A DNA stretch of 64,000 nucleotides from a virus (IMGVR_UViG_3300045988_042533:1-64000), one strand, 5' to 3'. Positions 56,551-64,000 are shown, counted from the first letter of the stretch. Notes: generated from the letters alone by a model not told the origin. A program made the numbers and translations.

Positions 56551-56600
56551 AATTAATTAATTTTTTAGTTAAACAATAATTTGATTATTTATATTAAGTG

Positions 56601-56608
56601 CAAAGTTA
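56601..56608 (-). promoter_or_regulatory. candidate -7 promoter box TAACTTTG(CA)
   Basis: TAnnTTTG on the minus strand, 51 nt upstream of the ATG at 56550 and downstream of the portal terminator. Confidence 0.4.
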
Positions 56609-56905
56609 TATACATTATTTATATATGCAATAACTGTTTTATCTTTAGCTAGAAGATTATGAGTTAAATAAGTACTTGTACTAGTATCAATATTACTTAA
56701 TACTCTCAAACGATTATAAGCAGGTTCATCACTTAATCATCAAATCTATTTGCTGACAGCAGGCTTCCTCATGAACAAACACTGCCGTAGACCAACTTCT
56801 TTTTAGCTCTGTGCCACTCAATATATTTAGATGATAGATTAATCCACTTTGATATTTAACACGCTTAAATCGTGTTTTCAAAATATTAGTTTTCGTACTA
56901 TAATG

Positions 56906-56947
56906 ACAAAAATAATCCCCAACCGTAGTTTCACAACTAAGTTGGGG
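56906..56947 (-). terminator. rho-independent terminator after the portal gene
   Basis: CCCCAAC (56917-56923) pairs with GTTGGGG (56941-56947), with inner TAGTT/AACTA pairs. The minus strand then reads ATTATTTTTGTC. Confidence 0.65.
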
Positions 56948-56985
56948 AATAAACACATCTTTAATAATATTATCGCAACTATGGT

Positions 56986-59409
56986 TTATTTATCATATCT
57001 ATTCTTATTAGTCTTAGCTATCTTTAAATCATTCTTCATTTGTTCACGTTTAACTTGTCTATCAGCAGCAGCATTATATGTATCAAGAGCTAAACGTTGA
57101 CGTTCAAGACCAAGTTTAGATTGTTCAATCTGTTGTTTAATTTGGTCTCTACTTCTTTCAAGATTCATTCTAGCTTCATTATCATTGGCTGGAGTACTAT
57201 CTGTTAAAGCTGCCATATCAACATCAATATATTTAGATTGAAGTTCATACTGAGCTTTAAGCATTTCAGTCTTTCTATCTTCTTCACCTTTAGCTTGAAT
57301 CTCACGAATCTTATTCTGAACTTCTTCTTCTTTAATTTGAAGCTCCATTTGCTTCATTTGTTCTTCATGCTGTTGTTTAATAGCAGTAAATTTATTAATA
57401 GCATCTTTTATCTTAGAAACATTATCACCTGTTATAGCAGCCATAGCCATATCAAGGTCACCATTTTGTGCAGCACTAAATGCCCATTGACGAAGTTGTT
57501 GAAGTTTATCTATTTCTTTACTATCATTACGAACAGTAGTTGCAAAATCAGAAGAAATAAAAGAATTGACATCAACTGAAATAAATCTTTGTTTACCTGT
57601 TTCATCTAAATATGAAGTATTAAGTCCATCTATAAATGCAAGTTTTGCATAATCCAAATCTCTATTATAATCTATTCTACGATAATCATCAAATGTTTGA
57701 GTTATAATAACAGAACCCATTGCAGATTGAGAAATAGCTTGTTGAGTAGTATTAGCTCCAGCTGATTGAGTAATTTGACCATAACGTTGAGCGTTCATAT
57801 CAACCATTTCTCTAGCTTCAAGTTTAATACTTTCCATAAGATTAGTAAGCTCTGTAATATATTGACCCATATTAGCATTAAGCAAACGAACTTGTTGCAT
57901 CTTAACACCACTTACATCTTCTTCATCATCAACAGGTAGAGTTCCTGTAGCTTCTAATCTATAAAGAGCATCTTCAGGATTAGCTAGAAGAGATTTAGGA
58001 TACATAAGTACAAGCATCTTATTTTTAGCTATTACCATTTCACGATGATAACTAATTATATTACGAAGTACTTGGAAAGGAGTAATTGTTTCTATAATAC
58101 TAAATTTACCCATAAATGGTAGAACTTCCATAATACCATTATAAGGAAGCTTTCCATTACGATTGAAAGCTATAGGTCTAGCTTTAATTGGATAAACAGC
58201 ATTATACCTATTACCAATTCTATATCCTTCATAAACTTGAATCTCATATTCCCATTCAATATCTATATCTCCTGCTTCAGGATTAAGTTGATAATCTTCT
58301 TCAACAACTCTTTGTGTTTTGAAACCTATCTCATTAACATAAGTAAGAATACCTCTTCTAGCCCAACCTTTCCATACAACATGCCATACTTCATAAAGTT
58401 GAGTATTAACGTCATAAGGACTTAGATTATTATTCTTAAAGAACTCTCTTTCTTCTTTACTAAACTTATCACAAATGTCAGCATAATAACCTTTATAATT
58501 ATCATACTTTAGAAGTCTAGTAGATTGAGGAGTATATATAGATTTATCATAATATTCTTCTAGAAAAGCTCTATCTTTATCACTCAAATCTTTATCAAAC
58601 ATTTCAAGTATTTGATTGTAAGACATCATAATCTTTCTAGCAAACATATCATGGTCTTCAACAAAGAACTTATTATTTGGAATAGGATAAGCTTCAACTA
58701 CAGGAACAGTTTCTTTAACAATCTTATTATCTCTAATTTCACTATAACTATAACATTCACCTAAAGCGCAGAAGTTGAAGAAGTTTGTAAGATATATCTG
58801 ATTATCTTCTGTAATAGCTCTTACATAATCAAGAACATCTTGACCTTGTTTAGATTGTTCATCAATATAATCTTGATTAAACTTCTCCATAAACTCCTTC
58901 TCGTCAGGCATAGCATCTTGTGGATTAACTTGTTCAGGAGGAGTACCATTTTGAGCAGCTTGTTGTTGAAGCTGTTGAAGTCTTTTCTGAAACTCTTGTT
59001 GAAAAGCTAGTTGAGCTTGTTGTCCAACAGCTTGTTTAAGTTTCATATCATGATTGATTACAACTTCAGGACTACAACTACCAACACTAAATTGATGAAC
59101 ACCTTTGAAATATTCACTAATATAACGTCTTACAATATCAGACATTATATCTAGATTCCTCATAACAGCAGGAAAACGTTTATACTTTTCCTTAGTAGCA
59201 TTATAAGGATTAAGAGTTTTACGATAAAACTCATTTGGAATATTGCCATGAAGGATGTTAAGTTTTGTCTCAACATCCGTTCTATCATTCATACTCAAAC
59301 CTAGACTAATGATATAATCAATAGAATTAGCATACCATTCAGCTTTAGCTTTAGTAGCAGCATCTACTTTTTGTCTAGGAAATTGAAAACTAAATTTACT
59401 TCCGTACAT
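56986..59409 (-). CDS. probable portal protein
   Basis: 807-aa ORF immediately downstream of the terminase gene, with a Q/E-rich coiled-coil C-terminus. Call based on size and synteny. Confidence 0.65.
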   Translation of the reverse strand: MYGSKFSFQFPRQKVDAATKAKAEWYANSIDYIISLGLSMNDRTDVETKLNILHGNIPNEFYRKTLNPYNATKEKYKRFPAVMRNLDIMSDIVRRYISEYFKGVHQFSVGSCSPEVVINHDMKLKQAVGQQAQLAFQQEFQKRLQQLQQQAAQNGTPPEQVNPQDAMPDEKEFMEKFNQDYIDEQSKQGQDVLDYVRAITEDNQIYLTNFFNFCALGECYSYSEIRDNKIVKETVPVVEAYPIPNNKFFVEDHDMFARKIMMSYNQILEMFDKDLSDKDRAFLEEYYDKSIYTPQSTRLLKYDNYKGYYADICDKFSKEEREFFKNNNLSPYDVNTQLYEVWHVVWKGWARRGILTYVNEIGFKTQRVVEEDYQLNPEAGDIDIEWEYEIQVYEGYRIGNRYNAVYPIKARPIAFNRNGKLPYNGIMEVLPFMGKFSIIETITPFQVLRNIISYHREMVIAKNKMLVLMYPKSLLANPEDALYRLEATGTLPVDDEEDVSGVKMQQVRLLNANMGQYITELTNLMESIKLEAREMVDMNAQRYGQITQSAGANTTQQAISQSAMGSVIITQTFDDYRRIDYNRDLDYAKLAFIDGLNTSYLDETGKQRFISVDVNSFISSDFATTVRNDSKEIDKLQQLRQWAFSAAQNGDLDMAMAAITGDNVSKIKDAINKFTAIKQQHEEQMKQMELQIKEEEVQNKIREIQAKGEEDRKTEMLKAQYELQSKYIDVDMAALTDSTPANDNEARMNLERSRDQIKQQIEQSKLGLERQRLALDTYNAAADRQVKREQMKNDLKIAKTNKNRYDK

Positions 59410-59430
59410 AGTATATTTAATATTATAAAA

Positions 59431-61722
59431 TCAAAATAAATCTCTATTATAAAAGTTATCACTAGTTTCAAGAATTTTCTTCCTAGCACTAAGTTCTTTA
59501 GCAGCTTGCACATCACTTTGTTTCCATTGAAGTGCATGAATAATCATTTCTGAAACACGGTCAAAGTTACCAACACTATTCCATTTCTTCAACTCTAGAA
59601 TAGTTTGATAATCATAAATAGTATGAAAAAATAATTTAGGTTTACCATGTTCATCTTTGCCAACTTCACTATAAAGCATTTCTTTAAGCATACGAAGTCC
59701 TTCAAGAACTTTAGTAGAACCTGTTCCACTTCCACCGCCCATATTAACACCATAACTAGCACTAACATGAGCTTTAAGACTAGTATCCCATATTTCTACA
59801 GGGTCTTTCATTAAATATTTGAGAGCTTTCCATTTAGTAAAATTACTAACAGTTTCACCACGATTGACCTCAACACCAGTAGTTCCAATACAATTATAAT
59901 ATCTAGCTAGAAGATAACATATCTTATCAGCTTCTTCAAGTTTTTCAGGACGACCATAATAAGCGCAAACTAAAGCTGTTTTAAAGTTATTGTAAGGAGA
60001 AGGATTCATCCAAACTTTAATACTATTGTGAGAATGTTTGTTAGTAATGGCTGCTTTCTCTTTGTTAACACCAACAGGGTCATAACTAATACTATAAAGT
60101 CCAGGAGGTGTACCATAAGTAAGTTGACCTTTAGAATCTTTGTATTGTATCTTCATTGGATTAAACCATTTACGAATACAACCATGAGGATGTTCATTAC
60201 CACGTCTAGGAACACCTTCAATCCAATCATAAAAGTCTACATTATGTCTACCACCTTCTTTTTCTATTCTAGCATTAGTTTTAAATTCAACTCCACCTTT
60301 GTTGTCTTCATACAACATTCCATCAACATAAAACTTATAAGCATTATCAACTCTAAGCTTTTCTTCCCATTCCATAAGTTCTTCACTACTAAATAGATTC
60401 TCAGTAGCAGAACTAAATGATTCAGAAGGCATAAGAGCATACTGACCTAGATAATTAATATAATCAGCAAAAGTTTTAGCTTTTTCTTTTTTAATTTTAC
60501 GTTCACGAAGAGCAATACGAATACCAACTTCAATGTCTGAATTACCATCAGCATCCATAGCAATCTTATCACCAATTCTACCTTGAAGACCCCAACAATA
60601 AGGTTTAAAATAACCACAAACTTCATTCCTCATATCTTTATCCCAAACATTTTCAAAAGGCATAAAGTTAAAAGATTGAGGACTATAAAAGTTTTGTTCA
60701 AAGATTTGCATATTACCACTAGTAGCAGTACCCCAAGCACATAAGTTACCTGTTGTATAACTACCAGTTCTCATAGCAGGCTCAGTAACATTCATAAATT
60801 CATCAAAGTTATCCATTGTAGAAACCTCTTCAACTTTAACTTTGACAGCATCTTTACCAATAGCACAATCAGGATTATTCATTGCTGAAACACTAAACAA
60901 AGCACTATTCCAAGATTTAGGAGATACTACACCATTAGGAAGTTTATAACCTAATACAAAGTTTTCATTATTAAGAGAAAGAATACCACGCTTAAAGAAA
61001 GTTTCATTCTCATAGAAACGAAGATTAGCAATAGTAAAATCAGTAAGACCGCCTTTAGCAGTAAGAAACTTCTTATCAACAGCCACATGAATACAAACCT
61101 TATTAGGAGAAAGATTTATTTCATTAGCACTATCAGCAGCCATAATATAACTAAAACCTCCACGTCTAGTTTTATCTATAAGAAGATGAAATCCGTTAAG
61201 TATAGCAAATTCCATACAAGCAAAAGTCCAAAATTGAGCATCAATAAATTTAGGAAAATCATGATGTTTTTTAGCAACACTAGCTTTATCACTATAACTA
61301 ATACTAGATTCATCTAGCTGTTCCATATTAATATAATTAAGATAATTATACATAGAACCACTAATATGAAGATTTTCTAATTTACCATTACGAAGCAAAC
61401 AAGGAGCATCAAAACCATGTTTTCTTCTATATTCTTCTCTCTTACGAAGTTGTCTATGAGGAATACTATCTTCTTTAAAGAAAGTATATTTGTCATTAGC
61501 TCTATGGAAATCAGCCATTTCTGTAAGTTTGTGCGTATCTACAAACCTATCATCAAGATTAATATCCATAAGAAAACCTCCACTATCTCCAATCATAAAT
61601 AGATTATTCGGGTCATTATATCCAGCATCTCTAGCTCTTTTATAATGACTTTTATCCTCAAGAATATAACTAAGAAAAGGATATTCTCTAATAAATTTAT
61701 CAACTATCTCAACTTCTTCCAT
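59431..61722 (-). CDS. terL: probable terminase large subunit
   Basis: 763 aa. KTRRGGFSY resembles the deviant terminase P-loop K-[ST]-x-R-x-G-x-S (as in lambda gpA KSARVGYS). It is followed by the portal gene. Confidence 0.7.
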   Translation of the reverse strand: MEEVEIVDKFIREYPFLSYILEDKSHYKRARDAGYNDPNNLFMIGDSGGFLMDINLDDRFVDTHKLTEMADFHRANDKYTFFKEDSIPHRQLRKREEYRRKHGFDAPCLLRNGKLENLHISGSMYNYLNYINMEQLDESSISYSDKASVAKKHHDFPKFIDAQFWTFACMEFAILNGFHLLIDKTRRGGFSYIMAADSANEINLSPNKVCIHVAVDKKFLTAKGGLTDFTIANLRFYENETFFKRGILSLNNENFVLGYKLPNGVVSPKSWNSALFSVSAMNNPDCAIGKDAVKVKVEEVSTMDNFDEFMNVTEPAMRTGSYTTGNLCAWGTATSGNMQIFEQNFYSPQSFNFMPFENVWDKDMRNEVCGYFKPYCWGLQGRIGDKIAMDADGNSDIEVGIRIALRERKIKKEKAKTFADYINYLGQYALMPSESFSSATENLFSSEELMEWEEKLRVDNAYKFYVDGMLYEDNKGGVEFKTNARIEKEGGRHNVDFYDWIEGVPRRGNEHPHGCIRKWFNPMKIQYKDSKGQLTYGTPPGLYSISYDPVGVNKEKAAITNKHSHNSIKVWMNPSPYNNFKTALVCAYYGRPEKLEEADKICYLLARYYNCIGTTGVEVNRGETVSNFTKWKALKYLMKDPVEIWDTSLKAHVSASYGVNMGGGSGTGSTKVLEGLRMLKEMLYSEVGKDEHGKPKLFFHTIYDYQTILELKKWNSVGNFDRVSEMIIHALQWKQSDVQAAKELSARKKILETSDNFYNRDLF

Positions 61723-61724
61723 AC

Positions 61725-62084
61725 CTACAATATACTTATAATAAACAAAATGATAGATGCTGCACCAGCAACACCTATCACATTTCTTTGTTTAGTAACT
61801 TTATTAACCTTAGTTTTAAGTTGAACTATAGTTTTATCATTATCAGCTATAATGCAACTATCATTATGAACTATATTTCTAAGAACCTTATTAGCTTCTT
61901 TTTCATATTTAAGTTCCACTAATTTACCATTTACTATACGTAAATCATCAATAGAAACACTAACTGAATCTTGATTAACTAGCTCCCCCGTAGAAGATAT
62001 GTATTGATTACTCCCTGATAAGTCTATAGAACAACTTAACAGTACTATCATCGTCAAGTGTTTTAACTTCAATAACTTTCGCAT
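61725..62084 (-). CDS. lipoprotein with C-terminal TM segment (unimolecular-spanin-like architecture)
   Basis: N-terminal signal with lipobox-like LLSC, and C-terminal VIGVAGAASIILFIISIL. An alternative ATG lies at 62051. It overlaps the upstream small ORF by 77 nt. Confidence 0.55.
   Translation of the reverse strand: MRKLLKLKHLTMIVLLSCSIDLSGSNQYISSTGELVNQDSVSVSIDDLRIVNGKLVELKYEKEANKVLRNIVHNDSCIIADNDKTIVQLKTKVNKVTKQRNVIGVAGAASIILFIISIL
61981..61996 (+). repeat. GC-box copy O (AGCTCCCCCGTAGAAG)
   Basis: Inside the 119-aa ORF, translated SSTGEL. Flanked by TTGATTA at 61971-61977 and 62004-62010. Confidence 0.9.
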
Positions 62085-62277
62085 TTTTAATACTATCTAA
62101 ATTATCAACTTTAATTTTTAAACTATCATTATACTTTTGTAGTTCAATCTTAGTTTCAATAATATGGTTATTCTTTTTATAATAGTAATCACCAATAATT
62201 ATAGAAGCACAAAGAACAACTACAAGAATTATAAATACTGTACAACCTTTATTAATTTCATTACTAAAAAAATCCAT
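62008..62277 (-). CDS. small type-II membrane protein (holin or i-spanin-like)
   Basis: 89 aa with a single N-terminal TM segment (TVFIILVVVLCASIIIG) and then a charged helical region. Its start overlaps the stop of the upstream gene (TAATG). Confidence 0.55.
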   Translation of the reverse strand: MDFFSNEINKGCTVFIILVVVLCASIIIGDYYYKKNNHIIETKIELQKYNDSLKIKVDNLDSIKNAKVIEVKTLDDDSTVKLFYRLIRE

Positions 62278-62885
62278 TACATATCCTCCTCATTAATTAA
62301 AGTATAAGTAAATGTCTTACAACCAGTATAAGCAATTTGTTTCTTAGCTACAGCTACAAGTATTACAAGATTACTAGCACTAGCTACAACTTGACAACCT
62401 GCACTCCAATTATTAATAACTGTAGATTCAAGACCTGCTTTATGAATATTAATTCCAAATACACCTTCATCTATAGAAATTGGATTATAATCATACATTT
62501 CATCATGATTATTATCTCTATAAACTTTAACAGGTTTTCTTTGAACTAAAGCTTCATATTTACCTTTATGTTTACCTAATTGATAACAACCTCTATATTG
62601 ACCAGGAACAAGTATAGCACAACCTTTAACATTAGATGGATGTTTAAGTTCTGTTATACCAGGGTCTGTAGTAGCAGGAAAAACATATCTTATAGTTTTA
62701 TCAAGTTCATCATTATAAATTAAAACTATAGCATCATCAAAGGTATTTGTACATTCTTTACCTTTAGCTCTAACACCTATGATATTAAGATTATACTTAC
62801 CTTTTGTAAAATAAGCATAACCTTTACCTTCTAAAAGTGTTTTAAAATCATATTTCTTACATTTATTAATTAATTCTTTATTCAT
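62277..62885 (-). CDS. YkuD (L,D-transpeptidase)-fold cell-wall enzyme, putative endolysin
   Basis: 202 aa. GINIHKAGLESTVINNWSAGCQVV matches the YkuD catalytic His...S-x-G-C spacing. Upstream lie the conserved-looking ATTDPG and GQYRGCYQLGKHKG. Confidence 0.5.
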   Translation of the reverse strand: MNKELINKCKKYDFKTLLEGKGYAYFTKGKYNLNIIGVRAKGKECTNTFDDAIVLIYNDELDKTIRYVFPATTDPGITELKHPSNVKGCAILVPGQYRGCYQLGKHKGKYEALVQRKPVKVYRDNNHDEMYDYNPISIDEGVFGINIHKAGLESTVINNWSAGCQVVASASNLVILVAVAKKQIAYTGCKTFTYTLINEEDM

Positions 62886-62891
62886 AACAAT

Positions 62892-63884
62892 TTAAAATAA
62901 ACTAAGTTGATTATTAACTTTATTACTATTACTATCCAAAAAAGTTTTTCTATCTCTTAATATAGCATCTACTTCATTACGAAGATAATTAATATGATAC
63001 CAATTTACAGTTTCTTCACCGTTTTCGTCAATAGGATATTGATTATTTTTATCTCTATAAGGCATACCATATTGATTTTTCACAAAAGGACTTCCAATAT
63101 GACATAGACCTAAACCTACACAAGGAATACCTAGAATAAGCTCAACCATTCTAGCATAAGTAGAAAGTTGCATAGTGTAGTGCATACCATTACAATTATC
63201 CAAATGAGAAAGAGGAGGTAACATTTTTTCATCTTTAACAATATATTGATTAGTTAGCTGAGCAGGAGTTGTAGACTTATCCTTTTTAAAATATCCAGCT
63301 TCAAATTGAAGACCATTTCTATTAGTTTTCCAATCTAGAATTACAAATCTATCCTCTTTAATACATAATATATCTATAGTTCCACTAATAAGATAATCAA
63401 TAAGAAAAGCACCAATTTCAGAATAAATAGTATAACCTTTATTTATATAGAAATCAAACACATCATAAATCTTTTGATACTTATTATTAGTAGCTTCTTT
63501 AAATTTATCCAAATCTAAAGGTCTAGGAATTAGATTAGGAATATCTGCAACTGTAATACAACGACCACTTTCAACTTGATTAAGATATTGTATGGCATTT
63601 TTAAACATACTATTTTCTTTAATAGCATCTTCTATACCATTATGAGTCGCAGTTCCTCTAGTACAAGCTTCATCTGTTATAGCTTGCCACTGTCTTTCAA
63701 GTTCTTTAGAACTAATACCTAGCTCTCTAGACTTCTTTCTAAGCCAATACTTTTTATCAAATTTAGGTGTGTAGTTCTCATGTATCATAGTAGTAACACT
63801 AATGTAACTATTACCTAAACTATCAGTATATTTATGAGTAGGTTCATCAAAATAAAGATAATCGGTATTATATCTAGAATCCAT
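62892..63884 (-). CDS. PD-(D/E)XK (RecB/Cas4-like) nuclease
   Basis: 330 aa with GTATHNGIED, GTIDILCI...ILDWKT (D...D/E-x-K) and MQLSTYA (QxxxY), the RecB-family nuclease motifs. Confidence 0.75.
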   Translation of the reverse strand: MDSRYNTDYLYFDEPTHKYTDSLGNSYISVTTMIHENYTPKFDKKYWLRKKSRELGISSKELERQWQAITDEACTRGTATHNGIEDAIKENSMFKNAIQYLNQVESGRCITVADIPNLIPRPLDLDKFKEATNNKYQKIYDVFDFYINKGYTIYSEIGAFLIDYLISGTIDILCIKEDRFVILDWKTNRNGLQFEAGYFKKDKSTTPAQLTNQYIVKDEKMLPPLSHLDNCNGMHYTMQLSTYARMVELILGIPCVGLGLCHIGSPFVKNQYGMPYRDKNNQYPIDENGEETVNWYHINYLRNEVDAILRDRKTFLDSNSNKVNNQLSLF

Positions 63885-63890
63885 AACTTA

Positions 63891-64000
63891 TTAATAATTA
63901 CTAGCATCCATTGAACTTAATACAGCATTACCACCTCTAGCAACTTCAGTTTCTTTTTCATACATAAGATTCTGTTTAGCTTCTTCTAGTTTTTTAATTA
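63891..64000 (-). CDS. 3' end of an ORF truncated by the window edge
   Basis: The minus-strand frame reads ...KKLEEAKQNLMYEKETEVARGGNAVLSSMDASNY-stop and is open to the window edge. Function unknown. Confidence 0.4.
   Translation of the reverse strand, partial: IKKLEEAKQNLMYEKETEVARGGNAVLSSMDASNY

Noticed and set aside
56729-56956. 75-aa minus-strand ORF in the portal/capsid intergenic island
   Set aside because: It runs across the portal terminator hairpin, has an atypical Cys-rich composition unlike all neighbouring proteins, and lacks the usual start context. It is treated as non-coding and possibly RNA (see finding).
2079-61996. Interpreting the GC-box as a conserved peptide motif, or as a simple promoter
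   Set aside because: The same nucleotides are read in all three frames and in both orientations, which rules out protein-level selection. Copies pointing against the uniform transcription direction and lying inside genes do not fit a simple promoter role for every copy.
1-64000. Stop-codon reassignment (TAG or TGA recoding), known in some crAss-like lineages
   Set aside because: All long genes, including the 13.8-kb and 7.2-kb ORFs, are open in the standard code. The only tRNA seen has a normal Gln UUG anticodon, not a suppressor anticodon.
1-64000. CRISPR array, integrase/transposase, reverse transcriptase with template/variable repeats (DGR)
   Set aside because: No regularly spaced repeat array was seen, no recombinase or RT motifs were recognised in any ORF, and no ~100-nt near-identical repeat pair with A-specific differences was found. 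The fibre repeats that exist are ordinary intragenic duplications.

Overview
This AT-rich 64-kb window reads as one contiguous piece of a crAss-like (Crassvirales-type) podophage genome, probably with a Bacteroidota host. All function calls come from motifs I recognise by eye; no database search was run.

Gene layout:
- Left edge, plus strand (90-1446): a putative wHTH protein, a clear dUTPase and a CxxC thioredoxin-fold protein. They end in a convergent-terminator zone that also holds a stand-alone tRNA-Gln(UUG) on the minus strand.
- Remainder, minus strand (2103-64000), read right to left: a PD-(D/E)XK nuclease; a lysis-like trio (YkuD-fold wall enzyme, TM protein, lipoprotein with C-terminal TM); large terminase; portal; a capsid block including the probable major capsid protein; a cassette of paralogous tail-fibre genes; small membrane proteins; a tail/cargo block (225-1405 aa proteins).
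- The minus-strand block ends with two giant ORFs of 2387 aa and 4603 aa. The 4603-aa ORF carries an RNA-polymerase beta-prime-like RxPT...DFDID double-psi beta-barrel signature, typical of crAss virion RNAPs.
- Hairpin+T-run terminators and TAnnTTTG(C) boxes split the minus-strand block into several transcription units.

Main findings:
- A GC-rich 12-16-nt motif, (AGCW)CCCCCGTAGAAG, occurs at least 15 times, on both strands. It sits in intergenic hairpins and inside coding regions in all three frames. Several copies are bracketed by short direct repeats at in-frame spacing.
- A conserved gene-start box, ATTTAAACTAAT-N6-ATG, precedes at least five genes.
- A C-terminal ...EIDNMFN junction is duplicated among fibre genes and defines an unlisted 43-aa ORF.
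- Three structured non-coding islands interrupt otherwise tight gene packing.

Not seen: CRISPR array, integrase, reverse transcriptase/DGR, or stop-codon recoding.
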